Shown here one piece after another: positions 28,536-39,629 of a stretch of 64,000 bases of DNA (the stretch's first letter is position 1; each line of letters opens with the position of its first letter). Source of the stretch: an uncultured Kiritimatiellota bacterium (lineage in GTDB: Bacteria; Verrucomicrobiota; Kiritimatiellia; RFP12; DVOR01); contig CALXSF010000001.1 in NCBI GenBank assembly GCA_944391055.1, forward strand, positions 68,858 through 132,857, given 5' to 3'. Both the position numbers and the translations under genes were made by a program. The notes under the pieces were generated by a model. The model searched no databases, was not told the origin of the DNA, and saw only the letters and a program-made list of their open reading frames with translations.

Positions 28536-28796
28536 TCAGTGCGCAAGGGCCTCGCGGATCGCCGCCAGCACCTTGCCCTCGTCGGCCTCCGCGATCAGTT
28601 TGCCGCCCACGCGCACAAAGGGCGCGCGGCCCACGCGGTCGCCCTGCTGGCAGGCGCCCGAGCAGCGCATCCCCTTGACGGCGATGCGGTCTTTCCATTC
28701 CTCGGGGAGGCGGTCGGCGATTCCCGCCAACTGCGCCCCGCCCATGACGTAGCAAGTGGTTCCCATGCAGATTTCCACGGTGATGCGTTCGTCCAT
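28536..28796 (-). CDS. Thioredoxin-like [2Fe-2S] ferredoxin (NuoE/HydC-like)
   Basis: MDERITVEICMGTTCYVMGG ... CSGACQQG, i.e. Cx4C...Cx3C. 86 aa. Confidence 0.75.
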   Translation of the reverse strand: MDERITVEICMGTTCYVMGGAQLAGIADRLPEEWKDRIAVKGMRCSGACQQGDRVGRAPFVRVGGKLIAEADEGKVLAAIREALAH

Positions 28797-28989
28797 TGTC
28801 CTCTCTCCGACGGCTGTTTCGGTGAACGTGCGAATGTGCCTTAGTATACCCCAATCCTGACGCCGCCCGCAAGCCGCCGGGGCGCGGTGCGTCCGGTCGG
28901 ACGCGGGGGCGGCCCGGGCGGGTTTTGGGGTTTGACTTCGCGGAGCGAAAGATGGGACACTATGGACGCGACTTTGCAACCCCCCAGCG

Positions 28990-31900
28990 ATGAGGAACGA
29001 ACGTATGGACATGAGACAAGCGATGCTTTGCGGCGGCTTCTGCTGCCTGGCCTCCGCGGCGCTGGCCGCGCATGGGTTCGGCCAGGCGGCGGCGCCCACC
29101 GGCCGCGAGTGGGAACAGGAGCAGAACCTTTCCTACAACAAGGAGCCCGCGCGGGCGTGGGCCTTCAGCTTCACGGACGCGGAGGCGGCCAAGCAGGTGC
29201 TGCCGTGGTTCAGCAAGCGCTGGAAGAGCCTTGACAGCGACACGGCCTGGAAGTTCAAGTGGAGCAAGGACCCCGCCTCGCGCCCCGTCGGCTTCCAGAA
29301 CCCGGATTACGACGTCTCCGGCTGGGAGACGATCGTGGTGCCTTCGTCCTGGCAGGCGATGGGGGCCGACCCGGCGCGCAAAAAAGGGTGGGGCACGGCG
29401 GTCTACGCGAACCAGCCTTATCTCTTCAAGCGCGATTGGCCGTTCGTGATGGGCGAGCCTCCCAAGGACTACACCTCCTATGCCGCGCGCAACCCGGTGG
29501 GCAGCTATCGGCGCACCTTCACGGTGCCGGAGGCGTGGAAGGGCGAGGAGGTCTACGTCCAGTTCGACGGCGTGGACTCCTTCTTCTACCTCTGGGTCAA
29601 CGGCCGCTACGTCGGCTTCTCGAAGGATTCGCGCACGCCGGCGGCCTTCCGCATCACGCCCTACCTGAAGGCGGGCGGCGAGAACGTCCTGGCCGCGGAG
29701 GTCTACCGCTACAGCGACGCCTCCTACCTGGAGTGCCAGGACATGACGCGCCTCTCGGGCATCTTCCGCACGGTGCAGCTCTATGCCGTGCCCAAACTGC
29801 ACATCCGGGACTTCTTCGCCCTCACCGAGCCGCTCGACTGGAACAAGATGCAGGGCGGCCGCTGGGATCTGACCGTGGACGTGGAGCTGCGGAACCTCAA
29901 CGCGCCCGACACGCCCGCCGCCGCGACGCTCGTGGCCAAGGTCTATGACGCGCAGGGCAGGGAGGTCGCGCCCGTCAAACCCGCCGACCCGCCCTATGAC
30001 GGCGTCGCGGGCAAGCAGGTGGACCTCACCGGCCAGACCCATTGGAAGACCGGCCTGAGGCTCCGCTTCGACGCGCCGCGCCTGTGGAGCGCCGAGACGC
30101 CCAACCTCTACACGCTCGTCCTCGAGCTCCGCGCGAAGGACGGCACGCTCATCGAGGCCGTCCCCGCGCAGATCGGGTTCCGCAAGGTCGAGGTGGCCGC
30201 CCGCAAGGGCCAGGCCGAGAAACGCTTCTGGGTCAATGGCCAGAAGGTGAAGCTGAAAGGCGTGAACCGCCACGAGGCCGATCCGTGGATGGGCCACTAC
30301 ACCTCCAACGCGGTCATGGAGAAAGAGGTGCGCCTCATGAAGGAGGCCAACATCAACCACGTCCGCTGCTCGCACTATCCGCCCGCCGCCTATTTCCTCT
30401 ACCTCTGCGACAAGTGGGGCATCTACGTCCAAGACGAGGCGAACATCGAGAGCCACGGCTACTACTACGGCAAGGAATCCCTTTCGCACCCCGTGGAGTG
30501 GCTGGACGCGCACGTCGACCGCATCATGAACATGGTCGAGCGCGACAAGAACTTCCCCTGCGTCGTCATCTGGTCCCTCGGCAACGAGGCCGGCCCCGGG
30601 CGCAACTTCGCCATCGCCGAGCGCACCATCAAGGCCCGCGACGTCTCCCGTCCCACGCACTACGAACGCAACAACGCCATCGTGGACATGGGCTCCAACC
30701 AATATCCCTCCGTGGGCTGGGTGGAATGGAAGGCCAAGCAGACCAAGGACGCCAAGCCCTTCTACATCTCCGAATACGCCCACAACATGATGAACGCCCT
30801 CGGCAACTTCGCCGACTACCAGCAGGCCATCGAAAGCAGCGACGTCATCCTCGGCGGGGCCATCTGGGACTGGGTGGACCAGGCCCTCTGGTACGATTCG
30901 CCCAAGAGCGGCAAGCGCATCCTCGCCACCGGCGGCGACTGGGGCGACCGCCCCAACTCCGGGCAGTTCGTCTGCAACGGGTGCCTCCTCCCCGGGCACG
31001 TCCCCGAGCCCAGCTACCACGAGGTCGCCCACGTCTACCAGAACGTCGCCGTGACGCGCGACGGCGGCAAGGTGGTCATCCGCAACAAGAACTACTTCCG
31101 CCCGCTGGACTACGTCGAGGCCCGCTGGACGCTCTACAAGAACGGCGCGCCCACCGAGCAGACCGGCGTCTTCGACGTCGCCGGCGTCGGCCCGCAGCAG
31201 AGCAAGGCCTTCGACCTGCCCATCCGCGTCCCCCGCACGCTGGATGGCTACGACCTGCGCGTCGCCTTCACGCTCAAATCCGCCGAGGGCCCGCTCGCCA
31301 AGGGCTTCGCCGTCGCCTCCGAGAGCCTTTCCCTCCAGGCGCCCGCGCCCATCCCCGCCGCCGCGCCGGAAGGCGGCGCGCTGACCGTCGAGGACGGCGC
31401 CAAGGCCGTCGTGGTCAAAGGCAAGGACTTCGCCGTCGCCTTCGGCAAGGAGACCGGCCTCCTCACGCAATACACCCTCAAGGGCAAAGACCTGCTCCGC
31501 GCCCCGATGACGGTCGACGCCTACCGCTGCCCCTCCTCCAACGAGGTCGGCAAGGGCGGCGAATGGGCCATGCAGGGCCTGCGCGACCTGGCGCCCGTCT
31601 CCGCCGCCGTCACCGACGTCAAGGCCGAGGCCGACGGCACCGTCACCCTCCGCTCCACCGCCACCTACCGCGGCCGCCAACTGGAGCGCCTGCGCGACTT
31701 CGACAACGGCATGACCGACCGCACCTTCTTCGAGAAGCTGCCCCAGCCCGTCACCGAGCGCAACACCCACTTCGTGGTGAACGCCGCCTGGAAGGTCTAC
31801 CCCGACGGCACCGTCACCCTCCAATCCGCCCTCCTGCCGCGCGGCCGCGCCATCGAGCTGGGGCGTCTGGGCTATGGGCTGGTTCTCAATGGCGTGGATC

Positions 31901-32793
31901 AGACGGTCGATTACTACGGCCGCGGCCCCTGGGAGAACTACCCTGACCGCAAGACCGCCTCGTTCGTCGCCCGGCACAGCGCCGCCGTCAAGGACATGGT
32001 CGTGGCCTACCCGCGCCCCAACGACATGGGCAACCGCGAGGACACCTACGCCCTCTCCGTCGCCAAAGACGGCCTTGGCCTCGCCGTCTGCGCCCTCAAC
32101 GGCGGCCGCTTCGCCTTCTCCGCGCTCCCCCACACCGCCACGGAACTCACCGAGACCCGCCACGTCGCCGAGCTCCCCGAGAGCGACAAGACGGTGCTGA
32201 CCCTCCTGGCCGTCAACCGCGGCCTCGGCGGCGCCAGCTGCGGCCCCGGCCCGCTCGCGCGCGACATCCCCCGCGCCGACAAGCCCTACCGCCTGGACCT
32301 CGCCTTCCGCCCCGCCGGCGCGCCGCTCCTGCCCGTCCGCGAGAAGGCCGCGGCGATCGACGAGACCATGCCGCCGCCGCCCGAGACCTTCAAGGCCGTG
32401 GACTGCACCTCGCAGGAACCCGGCAACGAGGGCGGCAAAGTCTGCGACGGCGACCTGGGCACCTTCTGGCACTCCCAGTATGGCGTCACCCTCGGCAAGT
32501 ATCCCCACGCCGTCACCCTCGACCTCAACAAGGCCCGCACGCTGAAAGGCATCGTCTGCGTCGGCCGCCAGGAGGGCGTCAATGGCCGCATCCGGGATTA
32601 CCGCGTCGAGGTCTCCCCGGACAACAAGACCTGGGCCGTCGCCGCCGAGGGCCGCCTCCAGGACAGCGCCGCGCCGCAGGAGGTGCGCTTCGCCAAGTCC
32701 GCGCAGGGCGTCAGATACCTCCGCTTCACCGGGCTCTCCGAGCAGCGTGGGCAGGAATTCGCCTCCATGGCCGAAATCTCCATCATCGAGTGA
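28990..32793 (+). CDS. Secreted GH2 beta-galactosidase (LacZ-like) with a C-terminal F5/8 type C (discoidin) domain
   Basis: NINHVRCSHYPPAAYFLYLCDKWGIYVQDEANIESHG and WSLGNEAGPG (acid/base). ISEYAHNMMNALG (nucleophile). C-terminal CDGDLGTFWHSQYG...YLRFTGLS is a discoidin domain. Signal peptide. Confidence 0.85.
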   Translation: MRNERMDMRQAMLCGGFCCLASAALAAHGFGQAAAPTGREWEQEQNLSYNKEPARAWAFSFTDAEAAKQVLPWFSKRWKSLDSDTAWKFKWSKDPASRPVGFQNPDYDVSGWETIVVPSSWQAMGADPARKKGWGTAVYANQPYLFKRDWPFVMGEPPKDYTSYAARNPVGSYRRTFTVPEAWKGEEVYVQFDGVDSFFYLWVNGRYVGFSKDSRTPAAFRITPYLKAGGENVLAAEVYRYSDASYLECQDMTRLSGIFRTVQLYAVPKLHIRDFFALTEPLDWNKMQGGRWDLTVDVELRNLNAPDTPAAATLVAKVYDAQGREVAPVKPADPPYDGVAGKQVDLTGQTHWKTGLRLRFDAPRLWSAETPNLYTLVLELRAKDGTLIEAVPAQIGFRKVEVAARKGQAEKRFWVNGQKVKLKGVNRHEADPWMGHYTSNAVMEKEVRLMKEANINHVRCSHYPPAAYFLYLCDKWGIYVQDEANIESHGYYYGKESLSHPVEWLDAHVDRIMNMVERDKNFPCVVIWSLGNEAGPGRNFAIAERTIKARDVSRPTHYERNNAIVDMGSNQYPSVGWVEWKAKQTKDAKPFYISEYAHNMMNALGNFADYQQAIESSDVILGGAIWDWVDQALWYDSPKSGKRILATGGDWGDRPNSGQFVCNGCLLPGHVPEPSYHEVAHVYQNVAVTRDGGKVVIRNKNYFRPLDYVEARWTLYKNGAPTEQTGVFDVAGVGPQQSKAFDLPIRVPRTLDGYDLRVAFTLKSAEGPLAKGFAVASESLSLQAPAPIPAAAPEGGALTVEDGAKAVVVKGKDFAVAFGKETGLLTQYTLKGKDLLRAPMTVDAYRCPSSNEVGKGGEWAMQGLRDLAPVSAAVTDVKAEADGTVTLRSTATYRGRQLERLRDFDNGMTDRTFFEKLPQPVTERNTHFVVNAAWKVYPDGTVTLQSALLPRGRAIELGRLGYGLVLNGVDQTVDYYGRGPWENYPDRKTASFVARHSAAVKDMVVAYPRPNDMGNREDTYALSVAKDGLGLAVCALNGGRFAFSALPHTATELTETRHVAELPESDKTVLTLLAVNRGLGGASCGPGPLARDIPRADKPYRLDLAFRPAGAPLLPVREKAAAIDETMPPPPETFKAVDCTSQEPGNEGGKVCDGDLGTFWHSQYGVTLGKYPHAVTLDLNKARTLKGIVCVGRQEGVNGRIRDYRVEVSPDNKTWAVAAEGRLQDSAAPQEVRFAKSAQGVRYLRFTGLSEQRGQEFASMAEISIIE

Positions 32794-32805
32794 GCCAAGG
32801 GGCAC

Positions 32806-32851
32806 AAAAAAGGCCGGCGGACGGGAGCGATCCCGTCCGCCGGCTTTTTTT
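32806..32851. terminator. Strong bidirectional intrinsic terminator between convergent genes
   Basis: AAAAAA-GCCGGCGGACGGG-AGCGAT-CCCGTCCGCCGGC-TTTTTTT. Confidence 0.7.
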
Positions 32852-32869
32852 GGGGGCGCCGCCAGCGCG

Positions 32870-33703
32870 TCAGCGCATGAGCTCGGCGAGGGCGTCGCCG
32901 TCGTCCTCGGCGATGGCCCTTCGGAAGGCGGCGAGGTGGTCGGCGAAGGCGTCCACGGCCTCGAGGAGCGGCCCCTTGTTTTGGCGGAAGATGGGCTGCC
33001 ACATGGAGATGGGGCTGTGGGCGATGCGGGTCATGGAGGCCAGGCCGCCGCCGGCGAAGCGGGCGTTGAGCGCCTGGTTGCGCTCGGCCTCCTTGATGGT
33101 GCGGGCGAGGGCGTAGGCCAAGACGTGCGGCATGTGCGAAAGGAGGGCCGCGGTGCGGTCGTGCTCCTCGGCGGACATCTCGGCGAGGACGGCCCCGATG
33201 CGCTCCCAAAGGGCGCGGACGCGGGAGAGGGCGTCGGGGGCGCTGAGCCAAGGGTCGATGATGAGGGTGAAGCGATTGCGGAAGAGATTGTCGACCGCGG
33301 CGTCGGGGCCGGAGCGCTCGGTGCCGGCCATGGGGTGGCAGGCGACGTAACGGGCGCGGTTGGGGTGGCCGGCGACGGCCTCGGCGAGGGCGCGCTTGGT
33401 GGAGCCGACGTCGATGAGCGTCTGGTCGGGGCGGGCGGCGTCGAGCAGGGCGGGGAGGCGCTCGGCCAAGACGTCGACGGGCATGGCGAGGACGAGCAGG
33501 TCGCTTTGCGCGGCGAGCTCCCCGAGGGTGGGGAGGGCGGCGTCCACGAGCCCGAGCTCGACGGCGCGCTCGGCGTGGGCCGCGGTGCGGTTCCAGCCCA
33601 GGATGCGCCCGGCGAGGCCAAAGGCGCGGAGGTCTTTGGCCAGCGAGCCGCCGATGAGGCCGATGCCGGCGATGCCGACGGTGGGGAAGGGAAGGTCGTT
33701 CAT
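32870..33703 (-). CDS. tyrA: Prephenate dehydrogenase
   Basis: NAD-binding N-terminus MNDLPFPTVGIAGIGLIGGSLAKDL, PDH domain (ACHPMAGTE). 277 aa. It was hidden in the fused-frame track ORF 32870..34705. Confidence 0.85.
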   Translation of the reverse strand: MNDLPFPTVGIAGIGLIGGSLAKDLRAFGLAGRILGWNRTAAHAERAVELGLVDAALPTLGELAAQSDLLVLAMPVDVLAERLPALLDAARPDQTLIDVGSTKRALAEAVAGHPNRARYVACHPMAGTERSGPDAAVDNLFRNRFTLIIDPWLSAPDALSRVRALWERIGAVLAEMSAEEHDRTAALLSHMPHVLAYALARTIKEAERNQALNARFAGGGLASMTRIAHSPISMWQPIFRQNKGPLLEAVDAFADHLAAFRRAIAEDDGDALAELMR

Positions 33704-34449
33704 GGATGGTTGTCGCGGGCGCAGCCCAGGTTGGCGAGGCCGTAGATGGCGGCGGTCTCGACGCGGAGGATGAGCGGGCCGAGGGTGACGGGGATGGCGC
33801 CGCACGCCAGGATGGCGCGGAGCTCCTCGGCGGTGAAGTCCCCCTCGGGCCCGCACCACCACCCCCAGGTTTGGCCGCGGCGGGTGGGGTCGAGCGCGTC
33901 GAGCACCGGCTTGAGGGGCTTGGCCTCGGGGGTGAGCGCGGCGACGATGAGGGTGGAGCAGGCGCGCATGAGCGGCGGCGTCTCCGAAAAGGGGGTGGGG
34001 GCGCGCACGGCCGGCACGGTCACGGCGCCGCACTGCCGGGCCGCGGCCTCGACGATGCGCTGCCAACGGGCGCGCTTGGCCTCGGCCTGGCGGCCCTCCA
34101 GCCGCACGACGGTGCGCGCGCTGATGACGGGGACGATCTCGGAGACACCGAGCTCCGTGGCCTTTTCCAGCAGCCAATCCATGCGCTCGCCTTTGGGGAC
34201 GCAGGCGAAGAGGATGGTGCGGACGGCCGGCTCGGCGTTTTGGAAGATGGGCTGCTTGGCCTCGAGGGTGAGGGCGTCCTCGCCATGGGCGACCACGTGG
34301 TAGAGGCGGGTGCGCCCGGCGCCGTCGAACGCGCCGACCTCCGCGCCCTCGCGCAGGCGGAGGACGTGGAGGAGATGGTGGGCGGCGGCGCCGCGAAGCG
34401 TCAGGGTCTCTTGTTCCAGCTCGTCGGGGGCGACTTGGTGGCGGTGCAT
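33700..34449 (-). CDS. rsmE: 16S rRNA (uracil1498-N3)-methyltransferase
   Basis: RsmE family length and motifs (GPEGDFTAEE). ATGA overlap with tyrA. Confidence 0.85.
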   Translation of the reverse strand: MHRHQVAPDELEQETLTLRGAAAHHLLHVLRLREGAEVGAFDGAGRTRLYHVVAHGEDALTLEAKQPIFQNAEPAVRTILFACVPKGERMDWLLEKATELGVSEIVPVISARTVVRLEGRQAEAKRARWQRIVEAAARQCGAVTVPAVRAPTPFSETPPLMRACSTLIVAALTPEAKPLKPVLDALDPTRRGQTWGWWCGPEGDFTAEELRAILACGAIPVTLGPLILRVETAAIYGLANLGCARDNHP

Positions 34450-34452
34450 GGC

Positions 34453-34887
34453 TCACTCGCGCATCTGGACGGCGGAGACGCGGCCGTCCCGGAACTCGAC
34501 GCGGAGCGCCTCCTTCCATTCGTATTCGGGGGCGTCGTCGATGTAGTACCCGCCGCGCAGATGCCCGCCGATATCGTGGTAGACGGGGCGGACGGCCGGG
34601 TAGAGGCGGTCGGAGAAACCGAGGATCTTGTAGATCCAAACCTCGGAGAGGCCGGCGGCGTCGGTGCGGGTGAGGCGTTCGGCGGGGTCGCCGTAGACCA
34701 TCCACACGGCGTCCCGGTCGTCGCCGAGGCGGATCTGCCCGCGGGCGATGCGGGCCTGGACCTCGGCGGGGTAGGCGTCGAAGAGTTCCTGGCGCTGGGC
34801 GATCCGGGCGGCGACGGAGTCGGCGCAGCCGATTAGCAGGAGGGCGGCGGCGAGCAGCGCGGGCAGGAGGGCTTGGCGCGGGGTCAT
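34453..34887 (-). CDS. Small lipoprotein, unknown function
   Basis: MTPRQALLPALLAAALLLIGC lipobox. 144 aa. ATGA overlap with the upstream stop. Confidence 0.55.
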   Translation of the reverse strand: MTPRQALLPALLAAALLLIGCADSVAARIAQRQELFDAYPAEVQARIARGQIRLGDDRDAVWMVYGDPAERLTRTDAAGLSEVWIYKILGFSDRLYPAVRPVYHDIGGHLRGGYYIDDAPEYEWKEALRVEFRDGRVSAVQMRE

Positions 34888-35996
34888 TGTTCGTAGCCCC
34901 AGTCGAGGAGGGCCTTGCAGAAGGCGTCGCGGTCGCGATGGGTCTTGTAGCCGGTGACGCAGCCGATGAGGCGGCGGCCGCCGCGTTTGCAGGTGAAGGT
35001 GACGCAGAAGCCGGCGCGGCTGGTGTAGCCGGTCTTCAGGCCGTCGACGCCGGGCACGCGGTTGGTGATGAGGTTGTTGTGGTTCTTGAGCATCAGCTTG
35101 CCGTCGCGGAAGGTGTCGAGGCGGGTGGAGGCCAGGCGCATGACCTCGGGATAGCCAAGGAGCCGCTCGGCGAGGATCGCCATGTCGTGGGCGGAGGAGC
35201 GGTTGTCGCGCTTGGCCCCGTCGCCGAGGCCGTGGGCGTCGTAGAAGGTGGTGTGGGCCATGCCGAGGGCCTTGGCGCGGTCGTTCATCGCTTGGACGAA
35301 GGCGGGCATGCTGCCGCCGCCAAGATATTCGCCCACGAGGTAGGCGGAGTCGTTGGCGGATTTGATGGCGATGGTCTTGAGAAGCTCCTTGAGGGGGAAG
35401 GTCTCGCGGGGGTCGAGCCAGACCTGCGCGCCGCCGATCGCGTAGGCGGCCTCGGTCACTTTGATGGGGGTGTCGCGCGTGACTTTGCCGGCGGCGATGG
35501 CCTCCTCGGCCAAAAGGAGGGTCATCATCTTGGTCATGGAGGCGATGGGGACGGCCTGGTCGGCGTTCTTGGCCCAGAGCACCTTGCGCGTCGCGGGGTC
35601 GACGAGGATGCCGGTGGAGCAGCCGTTTTCCTGCGGCAGGCCGATGTGGGAGACGGCGCCGGCGAAGTCGTAGGGCTGGTTCGGATAGGCGCCGTCGCGT
35701 CCTTGCGGGAGGGGCTTGGCGGCGGGTTGGGCGGGCTGCCCGCCGGGCTGGGCCGCTTGCGCGGCCGGCTGCGGGGTCGGCGTCGGGGCCGTCGGCGCGG
35801 GGTCGGGGGCGGGCGCTTGGGCCGTCGGCGTCGCGGCGGGTTCGGCGGCACCCCCCCCGTCGCAGCCGTCGGCGAAGGCTAGCCAGCCGATGATGAGCAG
35901 GATCCAGGCCAAGAGCGGGAGGCCCCAAACCAGCAGCGTGCGCAGGAAGGGGTTGGGACGGCCCACGCCGTCGGGAAGATCGTAACGTTCGCCCAT
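34884..35996 (-). CDS. Serine-type D-Ala-D-Ala carboxypeptidase (PBP5/6 family) with a Pro/Ala/Thr-rich linker
   Basis: SMTKMMT (SxxK), KSANDSA (SxN), KTGYT (KTG). N-terminal TM segment. Confidence 0.8.
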   Translation of the reverse strand: MGERYDLPDGVGRPNPFLRTLLVWGLPLLAWILLIIGWLAFADGCDGGGAAEPAATPTAQAPAPDPAPTAPTPTPQPAAQAAQPGGQPAQPAAKPLPQGRDGAYPNQPYDFAGAVSHIGLPQENGCSTGILVDPATRKVLWAKNADQAVPIASMTKMMTLLLAEEAIAAGKVTRDTPIKVTEAAYAIGGAQVWLDPRETFPLKELLKTIAIKSANDSAYLVGEYLGGGSMPAFVQAMNDRAKALGMAHTTFYDAHGLGDGAKRDNRSSAHDMAILAERLLGYPEVMRLASTRLDTFRDGKLMLKNHNNLITNRVPGVDGLKTGYTSRAGFCVTFTCKRGGRRLIGCVTGYKTHRDRDAFCKALLDWGYEQ

Positions 35997-36006
35997 GTGA
36001 AGACCC

Positions 36007-37106
<1,100 letters not shown>

Positions 37107-37110
<4 letters not shown>

Positions 37111-37898
37111 CTCCAGCCTCCGTAGTAGGTTTCCTCGTAGCGCACGTACTCCAGTTCGCGCTTGCCGGAGACCCAAATCATGTAAGCGACGCAGAGCAGG
37201 AGGATGCCCCCGCCCCCAAAGACAATCTCCCACAGGTAGGCGATCGCCTGGGGCCAATCCGCCGGCGCATGGAACCGGATGCCGACGAAACTCAGCACGC
37301 AGAGCGCCACCCACAGGATGGCGAAGGCGCGCCCCACCTCGACGGCGATCTCCGTCGCGGCGAGCTTGCTTTTGCCCAGGCATTGGATGCCCGCGCGCAG
37401 AATCCGCCCGCCGTCCATCGGGAACGCCGGGACCAGGTTGAAGCAGGCCAGGCCCAGGTTCAGCGCGGCCGCGACCGAGAGCCACAGGTTGGGCGCCGCC
37501 ACCGTGACGAGGCGCCCGTAAATGTCGTAGTCCTGGTAGATGGCCGGGAATGTCCGCGAGAGGCCCCAGCAAAGCGCCGCGAGCAGGAGGGAGCACGCCG
37601 GCCCCGCCGCCGCCATCAGGCATTCATGGATCGGTTTGGGCGGCATGCGCGTGATGGCCGCGCACCCGCCCAGCAACTGCAGCGTGATGTCCCGCACCTG
37701 CCCGCCGAAGGCCATCGCCACGACGCTGTGCGCCAACTCGTGCAGCACGATCGAAACCAGCAGCGCCGCGGCCAGGAAGAGCCCGACGCCGAGATTCGGC
37801 AGCATCATGAACAAGAGGTAGAGCGCCAAGAGACCCACGGAGAGATGGGCCCGAACCGGGATGCCGAAGACCGTGAAAAGCGTCCAACACGTTCGCAT
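37107..37898 (-). CDS. Site-2 protease family (M50) membrane metalloprotease
   Basis: HELAHS (HExxH) within a TM segment. Multi-pass. LVPAFPMDGG motif. Confidence 0.75.
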
Positions 37899-37919
37899 GA
37901 CGCGTTATTATAGCAGAAG

Positions 37920-38489
37920 TCAGCGGACGAGGGACATGAACTCCGCGCGGACGCCCGCGTCTTCACGGAACGAGCCGAGGACGGACGAGGTGACGGTGAG
38001 GGCGTTTTGCTTCTCCACGCCGCGCATCATCATGCAGAGGTGCGCGCAGGACATGACGACGCCCACCCCTTCCGCCCCGGTGATCTCCCGGATGGCGTGG
38101 GCGATCTCCTCGGTCAGCCGCTCCTGAATCTGGAGGCGTCTGGCGTAACAATCGACGATCCGGGCGATTTTGCTGAGGCCGACGACCTTCCCGTCGGCGA
38201 TGTAGCCGACGTGGCAACGGCCGTAGAAGGGCAGCAGATGGTGCTCGCAGAGGGAGTAGACCTCGATGTCGCGCACGATGACCATGTTGTTGGCGGCGGA
38301 TTCGAAGACCGCGCCGTTGAGGACATCGCGGGGGGTCTGCCGGTAGCCTTGGGTCAGATAGGCAAGGGCTTTGGCGACGCGCTCGGGGGTCTTGAGAAGG
38401 CCCTCGCGGTCCGGATCCTCGCCAAGCTCGGCGAGAAGCTGACGGACGAGGGCGGCGACGCGGCCAAGGTTCGGGGGTTGGCTCAGCAT
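37920..38489 (-). CDS. folE: GTP cyclohydrolase I
   Basis: [33 protein letters not shown] and [12 protein letters not shown]. Confidence 0.9.
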   Translation of the reverse strand: MLSQPPNLGRVAALVRQLLAELGEDPDREGLLKTPERVAKALAYLTQGYRQTPRDVLNGAVFESAANNMVIVRDIEVYSLCEHHLLPFYGRCHVGYIADGKVVGLSKIARIVDCYARRLQIQERLTEEIAHAIREITGAEGVGVVMSCAHLCMMMRGVEKQNALTVTSSVLGSFREDAGVRAEFMSLVR

Positions 38490-39562
38490 GGGAGGACAAG
38501 TTCGTGGGGGGTGTGGGAGAGCACCTCGCAGCCGTTCTCGGTGATGACGAGGAGATCCTCGATGCGGACGCCGACCTCCCCGGGGATATAGATGCCCGGC
38601 TCGTCCGTGACGACCATGCCCGGCTGGAGGATCGTTTCGCAGACCTTGGAAAGGTTCGGCGCCTCGTGGATCTCCAGCCCGACGCTGTGGCCGAGCGAAT
38701 GGTCGAAGAACTCGCCATAGCCGTGCCGCTCGATGATGTCGCGGGCGATCTTGTCTACGTCGCAGCACCGAAGGCCCGGCTTGATGGCCTCGCGGACGGC
38801 TTGGTTGGCCTCGAGGACGATGGCGAAAATCTCCTTGAAGCGCTCGGTCGGGGTGCCGTAGAAAAGCGTCCTGGTCATGTCGGAGCAATACCCGTCGACG
38901 ATCACCCCCATGTCGATGAGCAGCTCGGCGTTCGGCCGCAGGATGGTGGCGTCGGGGCGATGGTGGCACTCGACGGCGTTGGCCCCGGCGCAGATGATGG
39001 GGTCGAAGGATTCCGTGAGGCCGCGGGCGGCCTCGGCCATGCGGAAATGGCGGAGCATCTCGAGTTCGCTCATGCCGGGGCGGAAGGTCTCCAGGAGCTC
39101 GGCGAGGAGCGCGTCGTTGGCGGCGGCGGAACGGCGGATGGCGTCGATCTCGGCGGGCGACTTGACGCCGCGGATCTCGGAGATGAGCGCGCTGACGCCG
39201 ACCATCTTGGCGGCGGCGAAGGTTTCCTGCAGCGGCAGGAACTGCGCCACGGTGAGGGTCCCCTCGTAGCCAATCGTCTTCCAGGCCCTGCCCATCGCGG
39301 CATAGTCGGCGAGCTGTTCCTTGGCGGGCTTGAACTTCCGGATGTCCATGCCGCGGAGGGTGCGCTGGGCGGCCTCGATGTAGCGGAAGTCCGTGTAGAA
39401 GATCGGCGCGCCTTGGCGCTCGACGAGCAAAAGGCCGTTGCTCGTCGGCAGGCCGGTGAAATAAAGGCGGTTGACGGGGGTGTAAAGGAAGACGACGTCG
39501 ACGCCCTTGGCGGTCATGGCCGTCTGAAGGCGTTCGATGCGCGCGAGAAACTCTTTGTCCAT
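38483..39562 (-). CDS. M24 family Xaa-Pro aminopeptidase/dipeptidase
   Basis: Pita-bread fold metal ligands ([39 protein letters not shown]). Confidence 0.8.
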   Translation of the reverse strand: MDKEFLARIERLQTAMTAKGVDVVFLYTPVNRLYFTGLPTSNGLLLVERQGAPIFYTDFRYIEAAQRTLRGMDIRKFKPAKEQLADYAAMGRAWKTIGYEGTLTVAQFLPLQETFAAAKMVGVSALISEIRGVKSPAEIDAIRRSAAANDALLAELLETFRPGMSELEMLRHFRMAEAARGLTESFDPIICAGANAVECHHRPDATILRPNAELLIDMGVIVDGYCSDMTRTLFYGTPTERFKEIFAIVLEANQAVREAIKPGLRCCDVDKIARDIIERHGYGEFFDHSLGHSVGLEIHEAPNLSKVCETILQPGMVVTDEPGIYIPGEVGVRIEDLLVITENGCEVLSHTPHELVLPC

Positions 39563-39629
39563 TGACGGGCCTCCTCCGTGCGCATGGGCGGGGCGCCTGC
39601 CCCGCCCATGCGCACGCGGCTGATAAGGG

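Noticed and set aside
32870-34705. 611-aa ORF
   Set aside because: Only its last 277 aa (tyrA) are real. The upstream part overlaps rsmE in another frame.
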